Assembly (NCBI GenBank): GCA_965249575.1
Contig: OZ252244.1
Location: forward strand, 1,344,001 to 1,408,000
Direction of reading: 5' to 3'
From: Gemmatimonadales bacterium
GTDB taxonomy: Bacteria; Gemmatimonadota; Gemmatimonadetes; Gemmatimonadales; GWC2-71-9
DNA length: 64,000 nucleotides
The position numbers and the translations under genes are program-made. The notes below the pieces were generated by a model, which saw only the letters and a list, made by a program, of their open reading frames with translations, made no database searches and had not been told where the DNA came from. Every line of letters starts with the position of its first letter. Position 1 is the first letter of the stretch. Shown one piece after another: positions 9,667-20,837 of the stretch.

Positions 9667-11242
9667 CGTTGTGATCGTCGGCGGTGGAGCGTCTGCAATC
9701 GCGGCCGCTTTAGCACTCGCAAAACGTGGTGTCAAGTCGATCATGCTTGACGTCGGCTACACTGGGGAGCGAGCCAATCTGGTCAAAGGCAACCTTTATT
9801 CCTATCGACGGGAGCACGACACATTCGACCTGATGATTGGTGCGGATTTTCAAGGCTTGGCCAACGTACTGACAGACCGCTCCATGCCGGCAAAACTAAC
9901 CAGCCCACATATGGCCTATGTAACACGAAACGCACACGAGGTGTCACCCATTCAGGAACGGGACTTCACCGCAATACAGAGCTTTGCCAGGGGCGGGCTG
10001 GCGAACGCGTGGGGCGCTGGCCTCTACCGCTTTACCGACGAAGATCTCGCGCGCTTTCCAATTGCCGCGCGCGACCTGGATCCCCACTTCGATGAACTCA
10101 CTCAGGAAATAGGCATCATCGGTACCAACGACGACCTCACTCCTTTCTTTGGCTCAACGGATTATCTCCAGCCCGCAATTGAGCTCTCGCACAACGCCTC
10201 GCGGCTCCATCGCAATTACATCCGTAGCCGGGAACGGCTACGGGGAGAACTCTATATCGGCCACTCCCGAACGGGCGTGCTGACCCAGCCGAAGAATGCA
10301 AGGCCGGCCCTCGATTATTCGAACTTAGAGTTTTGGTAGGAGCAGCCCAGTATCTATTCGCCACAGATGACGCTGGACAAGCTCACCGCTGCGGGTGACG
10401 TAGACTACCGGGCTGGTATGTTGGCTCGGCGCTACACGGAAACCGCGTCCGGCGTACGTGTAGAGGGTACCCGAATCGGTCCGGACATTCCTTTCGCGAT
10501 CGAAGGGAAGAAGCTCGTGCTCGCTGCGGGCGCTATCGGCACGACGAAAATCGTGTTGCGCTCCTTCGAGGATTACGCGACTCGGTTACGGCTACTCGAG
10601 AACCCGGCTGTGCAAGTGCCCCTCGTTTTGCCGTCGTCCATTGGTGCACGCCTAAATTCGACGGCCTTCGGCCTAGTACAGTTGAACCTCGTCTGGCGTT
10701 CCAAAACCTATGGCGCCCTCCTTCAGGGTAGTATCATGGAAGTGACGTCGCCTATGCGCGCCGAGTTTTTTACGCACCTGCCCTTCTCGGCTCCTGCCAA
10801 CCTTGGGCTGATCCGCAATCTCCTCCCAGGAATGCTGGTGATGCAGATGTTTTGGCCGGGCGCCGCTCAAGAACCCGCTCGGATTTCTCTGCAGGCCAGC
10901 GGCCACCTTCGAATCGAGGGATGCCCGAATCAAATCGATTTGAAGAAGACCGCGCCCCTAGTACGGCACCTCCGCCGCATCGGCGCTTGGACACACCCGA
11001 CGCTCATGTCTCGCGTGCCGACGGGACACGCCATCCATTATGCCGGCACACTCCCGATGCGCCTGGAGCCAGACCGTTATGAGTGCGACCCCACTGGTCG
11101 ACTCCACGGAAGCCAGAACGTCTTCATCGGCGATTCGGCTTCGTTCTCAGCCCTGCCGGCCAAGAACATGTCGTTTGCCATGATGGCGAATGCAATGCGG
11201 ATTGCGGCGCACATCAGCCGAGAGCCGAGTACTCACCAGTGA
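9659..11242 (+). pseudogene. GMC-family flavin oxidoreductase interrupted by in-frame TAG at 10337-10339
   Basis: DVVIVGGG, GGLANAWGAG, LAAGAIGT, HYAGT, DSASF..LPAKN; both halves are in one frame (NLEFW*EQPSIYSPQMTLD). Confidence 0.75.
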
Positions 11243-12120
11243 AAACAGTCCTCGTTACCGGGGCGAGCGGTCTTATCGCCCAGCACCTTGCACAGGTGCT
11301 AACCAAGGAAGGCTTCCGCGTGCTGGGGATCTCGAGGGGTGGCGCGATGACCGACGGCTTCGCAGCCGTATATCGAGCGGCGTTACTGGATTCCCTCGAT
11401 CGCGCGCTCGACGGCGAGCCGGTCGACATCGTGGTTCACTGTGCGAATCATGCAGGCAAGGGCGAGTACCGGGTCAACGTCGACGGAACGGGCCGTTGGC
11501 TAAAAGAGGCCGACGCGATGGGGGTTGGGCTACAGATCTTCCTGAGTAGCCTGGCGGCGGCTCCCGACGCACTATCGGCCTACGGACGCGCAAAGTACGA
11601 CCTCGAGCAGCAGTTCATCGCGAAGGGCCACGTCGTCTTTCGTCTCGGGCTCGTGGTCGGAAATGGGGGCATGTTCCTCAAGATCCGCCGGTCGCTCGAA
11701 AGGCTCCCGGTGGTCCCGCTCCTTGACGGCGGCCGATCACCCGTCTACGTAATCGGCATCGATCGCCTCTGCGACCTGATCCGGGATTGCATCGTCAGCG
11801 ACTGTGCCGGCCGGCGGGGCCGGATCTGCCACGTGCACCAGCCGACGCCCCATTCCCTGCGTGAGTTGATGCACTGTATTCGGCGAGCGTATCGCTACTC
11901 CCGCCTGTTCGTTCCCGTTCCCTCCCTGCCGGTCGTTTGGGCGCTCTCGCTGGCGGAGCGGGTCCCGGGAATGAATCTACCAGTCACCAGTACGCACCTC
12001 CGTGGCATGCGCCAGAGCCGGAACCGTACTCACCCATCCGATTTCCTCGATTTCGGGTACACCGAAGAATCGCTGGAGGGCCTGGTGGAGCGAGTGGCGC
12101 GTGTCGAGATCCCGGAGTGA
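11239..12120 (+). CDS. NAD-dependent epimerase/dehydratase (extended SDR)
   Basis: VLVTGASGLIA, YGRAK; GTG start overlaps upstream TGA. Confidence 0.85.
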   Translation: MKTVLVTGASGLIAQHLAQVLTKEGFRVLGISRGGAMTDGFAAVYRAALLDSLDRALDGEPVDIVVHCANHAGKGEYRVNVDGTGRWLKEADAMGVGLQIFLSSLAAAPDALSAYGRAKYDLEQQFIAKGHVVFRLGLVVGNGGMFLKIRRSLERLPVVPLLDGGRSPVYVIGIDRLCDLIRDCIVSDCAGRRGRICHVHQPTPHSLRELMHCIRRAYRYSRLFVPVPSLPVVWALSLAERVPGMNLPVTSTHLRGMRQSRNRTHPSDFLDFGYTEESLEGLVERVARVEIPE

Positions 12121-12124
12121 TCCT

Positions 12125-12577
12125 CAGAAGCGGAGCTTGACCAGCCGAAATCCGCCTTCGGCAACGATGGTATTCGCCGATATCGTGCCAGCGAGTCGCT
12201 GTCGTCGAGTCGATGCCGCTCGTGCGGGTCAACACGAACTCGATGTCATGTTTGCGAGCGATGGCCCGCCGTTGCTCGGCACTCGTTTCGGCGCGAAGAA
12301 ACCTCTTGAGATCGCCGTAACGTCCGAGCAACCCACCGTCGGCAGGATTGACGTGTGGGAGATGCAGGGCCAACACCGCGACATCATGTACGGCGGGTAA
12401 GAGGAGGCTCAGCTTGGGATCGGCAGCGATGACAGGCCGGTCGTCGATCGTGGAGCTCAGGAGATTCTCGAGCCCATCGAGCTCCCACAACGACTGCCGC
12501 TGCCTTTCGCTCTCCCACTTGGCCTCCCGCAGCAAGTTTCCATGAAGCGCCCCCCCCAAAAGAATAGCCGCAGTCAC
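12125..12577 (-). pseudogene. C-terminal remnant of a membrane protein (possibly GT-C-like tail)
   Basis: One TM followed by VIAADPKLSLLLPA...HVNP...R..DLKRF....R..IARKHDIEFVL; no convincing 5' part; ends approximate. Confidence 0.35.
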
Positions 12578-12917
12578 CCGCGTTCACGGTCACTGTCCTC
12601 CTTCGGCGGCGATGCTTGGAAAAGCTGCGGGTACGCCCGCGCTGCCCTAGTCAGCGGCGCCGAGCGTATCGGTGCTCCATGACTAAGGGCTGCCGATGAC
12701 GGAGTCAACGGCTCGCATCGACCCGGCCGGCCGCGAGAAGGTTCGGGGCCCTTCAGCGCTACACCAGAACCCCCCCAAGAAGACACCGGGTTGTGTGAGA
12801 GCACGGCGAGCAAGCGGCTTCTGAATCGCCTACCTTGCCGAATAGAAATGGAGCGGGAGCACCCGCCTTTTTGGGGCTCGCCATCGGATTAACACACCAG
12901 TGGGAGTGCCGTTACCC

Positions 12918-15043
12918 ATGCGCTATTGGACACTGACCGCTTCCCTGTTGTTCGGATGGATCCTCGCGGCCGCGTGGCTCGTACCCGAGATCATTGAAGG
13001 CGCGTACTACGGGCGCAGCATCGACCTCGTCAATGGGATCATTTCCGGGCGGGGCGAGCATCCCTTGGACGAATACCTGCGCACGTGAGCCCGAGTAGCC
13101 TGGCTTCTCACGATCGCGTTCGCGATCGGCAGTCTCGTGCTGCACACGGCGTGGCGTTTCCGTGTTTACCTCGGCGCAGTCGCTACCCGTCACATACGGC
13201 TATGGACGGCCGAGTCCATGCGGCCGGCCGAGATGGTTCTCCTTGCTCTGTGGTTCGGGCTCGTTACGGGGAACAGCCGAGGCCGCGTACATACTGGTCA
13301 GGCGGTGGATCGATTATCTGGGGGACGCAATCCCGTGGCGGTACTCGTTGGACGTCGTCTGGATGGCGCCCCTAGCACTTACCTGTATTTTCGCCCTGGT
13401 GGCGGCTCTCCTCTTGATGGGTGGACTCGTTTGGCGAGGAGTCCTGACCGTCCGCATCTTGACGTTCGCGCTCTGTGTCCTCGCCGGCTACATCTTGCCG
13501 AGGTCGTTAGGACTGGGGATCCACCCGCTCGCAGCACTCACGCTGGCCACGGCTCTGGCACTTCAAGCGGCTCGCTTCGCGGCTAACAACCCGCTGCGTT
13601 TTCGATCCATCGTACTTCGCAGCACGCCGTCGGTCCTCGGCTTGATCGTCGTGGCCGGCCTCGCCATTCACGCGGTCCCTTGGCTCGTCGAGCGTCGCCC
13701 CAGCCTACGAGCCTCGCGCCCGGGGATGCCAAATGTCCTCTTGATCATTCTGGATACGGCCCGGGCCGCGAGCCTCAGCGTCTACGGCTATGCCCGGCCG
13801 ACGACGCCCAAGCTCGAGAGTTGGGCCAAAGATGCGGTCGTGTTCGATCGGGCCATCGCGACCTCACCGTGGACACTTCCTACCCATGCTGCGGTTTTTA
13901 CTGGACGGTATCACCACGAGATATCCGCCGACTGGGGCACGCCACTAGACGAAACCCACCCGACGTTGGCCGAAGTCCTCGCGTCCAGTGGGTTTGAAAC
14001 CGCCGGCTTCGTGGCCAATTACGGTTTTACCAGGAAGGCGACGGGCCTCCACCGTGGCTTCGAATACTATCGAGACGAGCTGTCTTGGCCGACGTGGATC
14101 ATGAAGAACTCGTGGGCGGCCCGAGAGCTGGCCGAACAGGTTCGAGAACTCTTGGGCAATCGGAGGGCGCTCGACCGCAAGCCTGCCACCCAGGTGAACG
14201 AAGAGTTCTTGAACTGGCTGCCCGATAGGGAGGAAAGACCCTTCTTCGTTTTCCTCAACTACTTCGATGCCCACGACCCGTACGAATCTCAACAGCCCTT
14301 CAACACGATGTTCACTTCTCTGCCCCCCAAATACTGGATCTCTTGGCGGTTGAAGTACACCGAGGAGGAGATGGAGGAGTTCCGGACCGCCTACGACGTC
14401 GCCATCGCCTACCTCGATCATCAACTCGGAACGCTCTTCGAAGAGCTCGACGAACGTGGTCTACTCGACAGCACGCTCGTCATTGTCACCGGAGACCACG
14501 GTGAGCAGTTCGGGGAACCCGTGATCGACCTCGTGTACCACGGGAATAGCCTCTACATGCCATTGATCCACGTACCACTGATCGCCTCCTTTCCTCGGGG
14601 CGGCGTACCCGGTGGCAAGCAGGTCCAAGAGACGGTGTCGTTACGCAACATCCCGGCGACCGTACTCGACCTGCTCGGCCTCGACAACTCGGTCGGATTC
14701 CCCGGTACCTCTCTTCGTCGATGCTGGGACCGCTCGCCGTCAGCCGAGCCTCTCGCGGGAGATACCGCGCTATCCGCAGTGACAGACGGCCCTGCCATGC
14801 CATGGCATCCCGTTTACAACGGCCCGATGAAATCTCTGGTCGTGGGTTCCAGGGCACTATATACTGAACGGGGACGGAACGGATGAACTGTACGACCTCG
14901 ACCGCGACCCATGGGAGCGGCACGACCTGAGCGCGGACGACGGCGCCGCTGCGGAGCTGGGACGACTGAGAATAGCCCTCGAGGCAATGATCGAGGGCAC
15001 CACGAAATCGGCCGCCTCGCCAACGGTTGGCTCGTCCAAGTAA
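12918..15043 (+). pseudogene. Membrane-anchored sulfatase-like (alkaline phosphatase superfamily) protein, with in-frame TGA and frameshifts
   Basis: PNVLLIILDTARA, SPWTLPTH, FLNYFDAHDPY, TGDHGE, HG.SLY...HVPL, DELYDLDRDPWE; TGA at 13086-13088, shifts near 13270 and 14870. Confidence 0.8.
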
Positions 15044-15149
15044 TCGAGCGGGTGCCGTCACCAGCTGGCGTGTCGCGCGCGCCGTAATCCCCTCGAACGA
15101 GAATGGCCCCTTCCCGCAACACGGGAGCGGCGTACGGCTGGGCAGCTAA

Positions 15150-16055
15150 ATGAGATCGTTGGCTGATCGACTCTGACGAAAGCCGCCAAGCTCACCATCG
15201 CGGCGGTCCTCGCGGCCGGCGGCCTCGCGTTCGGCGTCGCCGTCTGGGGAGTAGCGCGCAGCCCGGTCGAGCCTCCTCGGGCATCGCGACTCGTCAACGA
15301 CGTCACCCACCTCAACCCGATCGCGGTCGATCGGATCATTACACCCACGACGACCGTGGAGATCGTCGAAGCGGTCCGGAGTCACCCCGGTCCGATCGCC
15401 ATCGGAGGCGGCCGTTACAGCATGGGCGGCCAGACTGCCACCGAGGGAGCACTCCATATCGACATGCGCGGCTTCAACCGCATCGTCCAGTTCTCGCCGG
15501 AGCGGAAGACCATAACCGTTCAGGCCGGGACCCGCTGGCGCCAGATCCAGGAACGCATCGATCCGGCGGATCTCTCGGTCAAGATCATGCAGTCGTACGC
15601 CGACTTCACCGTCGGCGGCGCCCTCTCAGTGAACGCCCACGGCCGGTACGTCGGGCTCGGGCCCCTCATCAGGTCGGTGCGATCTTTGAAGGTCGTGCTG
15701 GCGGACGGTGCCGTGACGGAAGCGAGCCCAACCAACAACCCGGACCTCTTCTACGGCGCCATCGGCGGCTATGGTGGGTTGGGAGTGATTACGGAGGTGA
15801 CGCTGGATCTGACCGAGAACGTAAGGGTCATGCGCCGGAGTCGGATCATGCCCATCACGGAGTACGGCGCGTACTTCGCGGATAGCGTCGGCCCATCACG
15901 CACGGCCGTTTTTCACAACGCGGACATCTACCCAGGCCGTTACGCAACCGTGAACGCGATCACCTATTCGACCACCGACGCTGCGCTCACCGTCGCGCAC
16001 CGGCTCGTACCGGCAGACCGATCATATCGGCTCAACCGCCTGCTCCTTTGGGTGC
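15150..16055 (+). pseudogene. FAD-binding (PCMH-type, lactone oxidase-like) oxidoreductase, 3'-truncated
   Basis: VNDVTHLN, GGGRYSMGGQ, TVGGALSVNAHGR, GGYGGLGVI; similarity stops at LLWV near 16055; 5' end approximate. Confidence 0.75.
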
Positions 16056-16188
16056 GCTCGGCCGCGTCACGTCCGTGGAAAAAATGGAATTCGCCCTCAG
16101 GATTGTCGGCGACGTCTTGATACATGCGCACGATTTCGTCTTTGAGGGTCGCTTCGAGTGTGGCTTGGGCGTCTACGGCATCGGCCAT
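16056..16188 (-). pseudogene. N-terminal remnant of a SAM methyltransferase (ArsM-like leader)
   Basis: LKDEIVRMYQDVADNPEGEFHFFHGRDAAE resembles the N-terminus of arsenite-methyltransferase-like proteins; ends head-on with the previous gene. Confidence 0.5.
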
Positions 16189-16425
16189 CGAGGGTTCCTT
16201 TCTAGAGTGCCGGTGTCTTCGTCAAACTCTAGCGCGCGGCACTGGTCCCCGCCACCTGGTTAAACTACACTCAGGGACCTTTCCTTAGACCCCTCAATTC
16301 ACCCTTTCACCCGCCGCGACTAACAGGGCGCATTGTCGACCTTCGACTGGTCTCGCCCAACCAGTCTATTCGCAGTTGCCGTATGACGAGCACACAAGTC
16401 GTCTTTGCCAACAAGGAGGTTGTTA

Positions 16426-17436
16426 ATGAATGCCCAGAGATCGCGCACCATTGACCTCGATCGATTGCGGCCGCCTAACCTTCCGGCCGGCGCCGTGGGC
16501 ACGGCCATCGCGGGCCTGCTCGGCCTGGTCGTTCTGTGGAGCGCCGTGTTCACGGTCAAGGCCGAGGAAGTCGGAGTCGTCGTGACGTTCGGGAGGTACA
16601 CCCGAGAGGCGGGCCCAGGGCTTCGCGTCAAGTGGCCTTGGCCGATCCAGGACGTCGTGAAGGTGCCTATCCAGCGTCAGCTAAAGGCGGAGTTCGGGTT
16701 CCGCACGGAGAGCGCGGGTGTCACCACGCAGTACACCCAAGGAACCCACCGCGACGAGTCGCTTATGCTAACCGGTGACCTGAACGTCGCCGTGGTCGAG
16801 TGGACCACCCAGTTTCGGGTCAACGACCCGTACAAGTACCTCTTCAAGGTACGGAACCTGTTCAACCCCGATCCGGAGAGCCGCGCCCGCACGTTCCGCG
16901 ATATGAACGAGGCGGTGATGCGCGCGGTGATCGGCGATCGTAGCGTCAACGAGGTGTTGACGGTTGGCCGCCAGGAGGTCGCCACGGAGGTGGAGCTCCG
17001 ACTGCAGGAGATGGCCGATCAGTACGACACCGGCATCAAGATCGAACAGATCGTGCTCCAGGACGTGAATCCACCCGACCAGGTGAAGCCCGCCTTCAAC
17101 GAGGTCAATCAGGCGCAGCAGGAAAAGGAACGCATGATCAATGAGGCGCGCGCCGAATACAACAGCGTCGTCCCGCGCGCGCGGGGAGAAGCGCAGCAGA
17201 CCATCCAGCAGGCCGAGGGGTACGCCACCGACCGAGTCAACCGGTCGCGGGGCGACTCGGAGCTCTTCAAATCCCTGCTGGCGGCCTACCGTCGGGCACC
17301 CGAGGTGACCCGGAGGCGCATCTATCTCGAAACCATGCAGGCCGTGTACCCCAAGGTGAAGCAGAAGATCGTGCTGGATTCGGACCTGAAGGGCGTCCTC
17401 CCACTCCTACCGCTGGCGCAGGGGGTGAAGCCATGA
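16426..17436 (+). CDS. hflK: FtsH modulator HflK
   Basis: SPFH domain; MLTGDLN, LQDVNPP..VKPAFNEVNQAQQE, PEVTRRRIYLETM; AGGAGG RBS. Confidence 0.93.
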   Translation: MNAQRSRTIDLDRLRPPNLPAGAVGTAIAGLLGLVVLWSAVFTVKAEEVGVVVTFGRYTREAGPGLRVKWPWPIQDVVKVPIQRQLKAEFGFRTESAGVTTQYTQGTHRDESLMLTGDLNVAVVEWTTQFRVNDPYKYLFKVRNLFNPDPESRARTFRDMNEAVMRAVIGDRSVNEVLTVGRQEVATEVELRLQEMADQYDTGIKIEQIVLQDVNPPDQVKPAFNEVNQAQQEKERMINEARAEYNSVVPRARGEAQQTIQQAEGYATDRVNRSRGDSELFKSLLAAYRRAPEVTRRRIYLETMQAVYPKVKQKIVLDSDLKGVLPLLPLAQGVKP

Positions 17437-18368
17437 AACGCCTGATCACAGCCGCAGCGGGGCTGGGCGCCGTGCTCCTCCTGGCCGCTGCTGGCAGCGT
17501 GTTATTTGTCGTCAACGAGACCGAGCAGGTCGTCATTACCCAGTTCGGCGAGCCGAAGGGCGACGCGGTCACGAGTCCCGGTCTCAAGCTCAAGCTCCCG
17601 TTCATCCAGAAAGCCAACTACTTCGACAAGCGATTCCTCGAATGGGACGGGGATCCGAACCAGGTTCCCACGCGGGACAAGCGGTTCATTCATGTCGATA
17701 GCTATGCGCGTTGGCGGATCACGGACCCGCTCAAGTACTTCCAGCGTCTGAGGACCGAGCAGGGAGCGCAGTCCCGGTTGGACGACATTCTGGACGGCGA
17801 GACCCGCAACGTCATCGCGAAGCACGACTTAATTGAAGTGGTCCGGAGCAGCAACCGGACGTTCGCCGCAACCGAAGAGACGGGGGGCGGTACGACGGAT
17901 CGTCAAGAAACGATCGAGAGTGGGCGGCAGGCACTCGCGAGAGAGGTCTTGGAGACCGCGCAAACCCGTACTGGCGACCTGGGTATCGAGATTCTGGATT
18001 TTCAGTTCAAGCGGATCAACTACGTTGAGGAAGTGCGAAACGAAGTCTACGCTCGGATGATCACAGAGCGACAGCGGATCGCGCAGCAGTTCCGGTCCGA
18101 GGGTGCGGGAGAGGCGGCGCGCATCAACGGCGAGAAGGAGCGGGAGCTCAAGCAGATCACCTCAGAGGCATACCGCCGCGCCCAGGAAATCAAGGGCCGC
18201 GCCGATGCCGAGGCGGCTGATGTGTACGCCGCGGCATACAACCGCGACGCTGACTTCTACCGATTTCTCAAAACGATGGAGATCTTCACCGAGACGCTGG
18301 GCGGGGAAACCGTGCTGGTCCTGAGCACCGACGGTGAGTTCCTTCGCTACCTGGGCACAACCAAGTAG
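17433..18368 (+). CDS. hflC: FtsH modulator HflC
   Basis: ITQFGEP, PGLKLKLPFIQ, RMITER.RIA..FRSEG; ATGA overlap with hflK. Confidence 0.93.
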   Translation: MKRLITAAAGLGAVLLLAAAGSVLFVVNETEQVVITQFGEPKGDAVTSPGLKLKLPFIQKANYFDKRFLEWDGDPNQVPTRDKRFIHVDSYARWRITDPLKYFQRLRTEQGAQSRLDDILDGETRNVIAKHDLIEVVRSSNRTFAATEETGGGTTDRQETIESGRQALAREVLETAQTRTGDLGIEILDFQFKRINYVEEVRNEVYARMITERQRIAQQFRSEGAGEAARINGEKERELKQITSEAYRRAQEIKGRADAEAADVYAAAYNRDADFYRFLKTMEIFTETLGGETVLVLSTDGEFLRYLGTTK

Positions 18369-18484
18369 GGTTCCGGAGGTACATGCCATTCGGGGAGTGA
18401 TCGGTCCAGCCGCTCACTCCCCGAAATTGTTGTCCCCGTTGGCGCCAGCCCTCGTGCTGGCCGAGCTATGCTTTGGGGTTCGCC

Positions 18485-18616
18485 CTACCCGTTCTCGGCG
18501 ATGCGGCGCCGTCGGCGTGCGAGAGGGATGCCACCGAGCCCGGCCAATCCACTTCCAAGGAGTACCATGGTCACCGGCTCGGACACGACTGCGCGGTTCT
18601 GACCTCGTACCAGCAT
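18485..18616 (-). pseudogene. Orphan PEP-CTERM-like sorting tail
   Basis: Manual translation MLVRGQNRAVVSEPVTMVLLGSGLAGLGGIPLARRRRRIAENG*: V(S)EP, TM segment, Arg cluster. Confidence 0.6.
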
Positions 18617-18752
18617 CTTCACGCCCGACTGTGGGACGGGCGGCACCGTCCCTGGCCGTACCAATCGCCCTAGCGAGATCCGGGACGTTGCCAGATAATG
18701 AAGCAGATCCTCTCTCGATCCCAGAGTCTTTGGGGCCCGGGCGAACCGCCCA

Positions 18753-19100
18753 TCAACCGGACGTGTGGTGCGAGTTGAGGCTCCCCGTTCGTGACTGGAG
18801 GTAAGTCTTGAGCCGCGCTCCCTCCGAATCCTCGCGCTCGCGCCGCCGGGTCATCGCGCGGCGCAAATGCACGACCGACGACACCGCGACGAGCGCGAGC
18901 ACGCAGACCACCGCCACCCACGCCGCCGGCCGCGCCCGGGCGAGACCGAAACCGGATCCCACGAGGGTGAGGGAGCCGGCAACCACTTCTGCGATCGCGA
19001 GTGGGGAACGCCCGCCAAGCACGGATTGGGCGTGCTTGCGCATCTTGAGACCGCCGGCCGCGAGGGCCAACAGACCGACTACAAAGAGAAGGATGCCCAT
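18753..19100 (-). CDS. Hypothetical 3-TM membrane protein
   Basis: Three hydrophobic segments from MGILLF. Confidence 0.55.
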   Translation of the reverse strand: MGILLFVVGLLALAAGGLKMRKHAQSVLGGRSPLAIAEVVAGSLTLVGSGFGLARARPAAWVAVVCVLALVAVSSVVHLRRAMTRRREREDSEGARLKTYLQSRTGSLNSHHTSG

Positions 19101-19239
19101 TACAATCGTGTCACGGGAAGATTCGTCCCGAGGGCGCGGACCGCCAGTCCCTGTACCGTGGGGCACGGAGGTCGACCGGCCGCCGCTTATTCACCACCAC
19201 GGCCGGCTTCTGACCCATGTCGCCGCAGCCGCCGCGCTG

Positions 19240-20082
19240 ATGTTGCCGGCGCCGGCGGGAGCCCAGGATTCCTTCGCCGAAGTCAACGGGGCCAGGCTCT
19301 ACTACGAAGTCGAGGGCACGGGCCACCCGTTGGTCCTGATCCACGGGTGGCCGTTGAGCGCACGCATGTGGGATGACCAGGCGCGCGTTCTCGCTGACCA
19401 CTACCGAGTCGTCCGCTACGACCGGCGCGGCTTCGGCCGATCACCGGCCAACCCCTGGAACGAGTCCTCTGCCGGGCACGACTTCGAGGATCTCGCGGCG
19501 CTGCTGGACCACTTGAGCATCTCCAGCGCACACGTTCTGGGCATGTCGCAGGGAGGATCCGTCGCCACCCGATTCGCACTCGAATACCCACAACGCGTTG
19601 ATGCCTTGATGCTCCATGGAGCGGGGCTCGAGGGATTCGTCCTTCCGGAGCACGGCCCATTCGCTTCCCTGGAGTCGGTGCGGACGCTCATGGAAGAGGA
19701 GGGTATGGACGCGTTCCGCCGCCAGTGGCTCGCACACCCCATCAACTACATACCCGACGGGAAGCCCGAGGCGTCCGCCCGCCTCCGACGGATAGTGGAG
19801 GAATACTCCGGCGCCGACATGCTGACCCGGCCGTCATCGAGATCGCGGGAGCGAACTCCCGCAATCCAGCGACTGCACGAGATCCGGGCTCCAACGCTGG
19901 TTCTGGTTGGCGGCACCGATCTCCCGTTCTTCCAGATTATTGCCGATGCATTGGCTTTTCTCATTCCGGATGCCGAGAAGGTCGTGGTGCCTGGGGGTGG
20001 ACACGTCGTCAACATAATCGAGCCCGAGCGATATAACGCCGAGGTGCTTCGGTTTCTGCGGGGGATCGAAGAGCCCCAATGA
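19240..20082 (+). CDS. Alpha/beta hydrolase (start uncertain, possibly secreted)
   Basis: LIHGWP, YDRRGFGRS, GMSQGG, GGTD, GGH: complete triad. Confidence 0.88.
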   Translation: MLPAPAGAQDSFAEVNGARLYYEVEGTGHPLVLIHGWPLSARMWDDQARVLADHYRVVRYDRRGFGRSPANPWNESSAGHDFEDLAALLDHLSISSAHVLGMSQGGSVATRFALEYPQRVDALMLHGAGLEGFVLPEHGPFASLESVRTLMEEEGMDAFRRQWLAHPINYIPDGKPEASARLRRIVEEYSGADMLTRPSSRSRERTPAIQRLHEIRAPTLVLVGGTDLPFFQIIADALAFLIPDAEKVVVPGGGHVVNIIEPERYNAEVLRFLRGIEEPQ

Positions 20083-20117
20083 ACCCGTAGGCCCCGTGTG
20101 TTCAGGAGGTGGCGAAA

Positions 20118-20411
20118 ATGGTGGAGAAGATCGTTCGAACCGAGAGACTGGAACTCGTCGACCGGCACGATCGCGTTCGCGCCGTGCTCGCCTGTGAGGC
20201 CGATTCCGAGGCGCCGTCGCTGGCACTCCTCGATGGTGACGGTCAAACGCGGGTGATCGTCGGAATGTCCTGGAACGATATGCCGCAGATTCAACTGGCC
20301 GCGCCTGACGGGACGGCCCGCGTCGCGCTGGTGGTGAGGCCCGAAGGGATGGGTATGGCGGTGCTTGCGGATGGAGAGCAGCACACCAAGACGATCACCC
20401 CCGAGGAGTAG
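20118..20411 (+). CDS. Hypothetical protein with beta-hairpin repeats
   Basis: LELVD..DRVRA.L / LALLDGDGQTR / LAAPDGTAR repeats; AGGAGG RBS. Confidence 0.6.
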   Translation: MVEKIVRTERLELVDRHDRVRAVLACEADSEAPSLALLDGDGQTRVIVGMSWNDMPQIQLAAPDGTARVALVVRPEGMGMAVLADGEQHTKTITPEE

Positions 20412-20476
20412 GCATCCGTCGCACCGCTTCCGCAGGGCTTGCGGCGAGAAACACCTGCACCGGTTCCAACTAGGTG

Positions 20477-20800
20477 TTACTGGTTCGACTTTCCGCCACA
20501 CTTCTCACAGCCACAGATCGACTGCAGGAATTCGTAGGTGTAAATCCCGGTACCATGGCCGTCACTCCAGTCTACGCGCATCGCATAACTCCCCACCAAG
20601 CGTACGGCCAGCGGCTTGATATCGTCGCGCACGGTAGTAGGGTCGAGCAGGCGCGCACCTGTCAGCTCGTGACGGCACCCGGCGCACGGACACCGGAGGC
20701 GCAGCTCCCGGGCGGGATAGTGACAGACGTGATCGCCGCTCCACGTGATGACGATCTCCGGATCGTGACGATCTATGCGTTCGGGGATTGGATGCTGCAC
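20477..20800 (-). CDS. DUF971/GBBH-like N-terminal domain protein
   Basis: LRLRCPCAGC...VGSYA....WSDGHGTGIYTYEFL. Confidence 0.85.
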   Translation of the reverse strand: MQHPIPERIDRHDPEIVITWSGDHVCHYPARELRLRCPCAGCRHELTGARLLDPTTVRDDIKPLAVRLVGSYAMRVDWSDGHGTGIYTYEFLQSICGCEKCGGKSNQ

Positions 20801-20837
20801 CGAATTCGACCGATCCCGCGCTAGGGGCGCGACGCGG

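Noticed and set aside
13086..13088. Selenocysteine in the sulfatase-like leader
   Set aside because: Lies in a membrane-proximal helix with no redox motif; TGG-to-TGA is more plausible and the gene has other lesions
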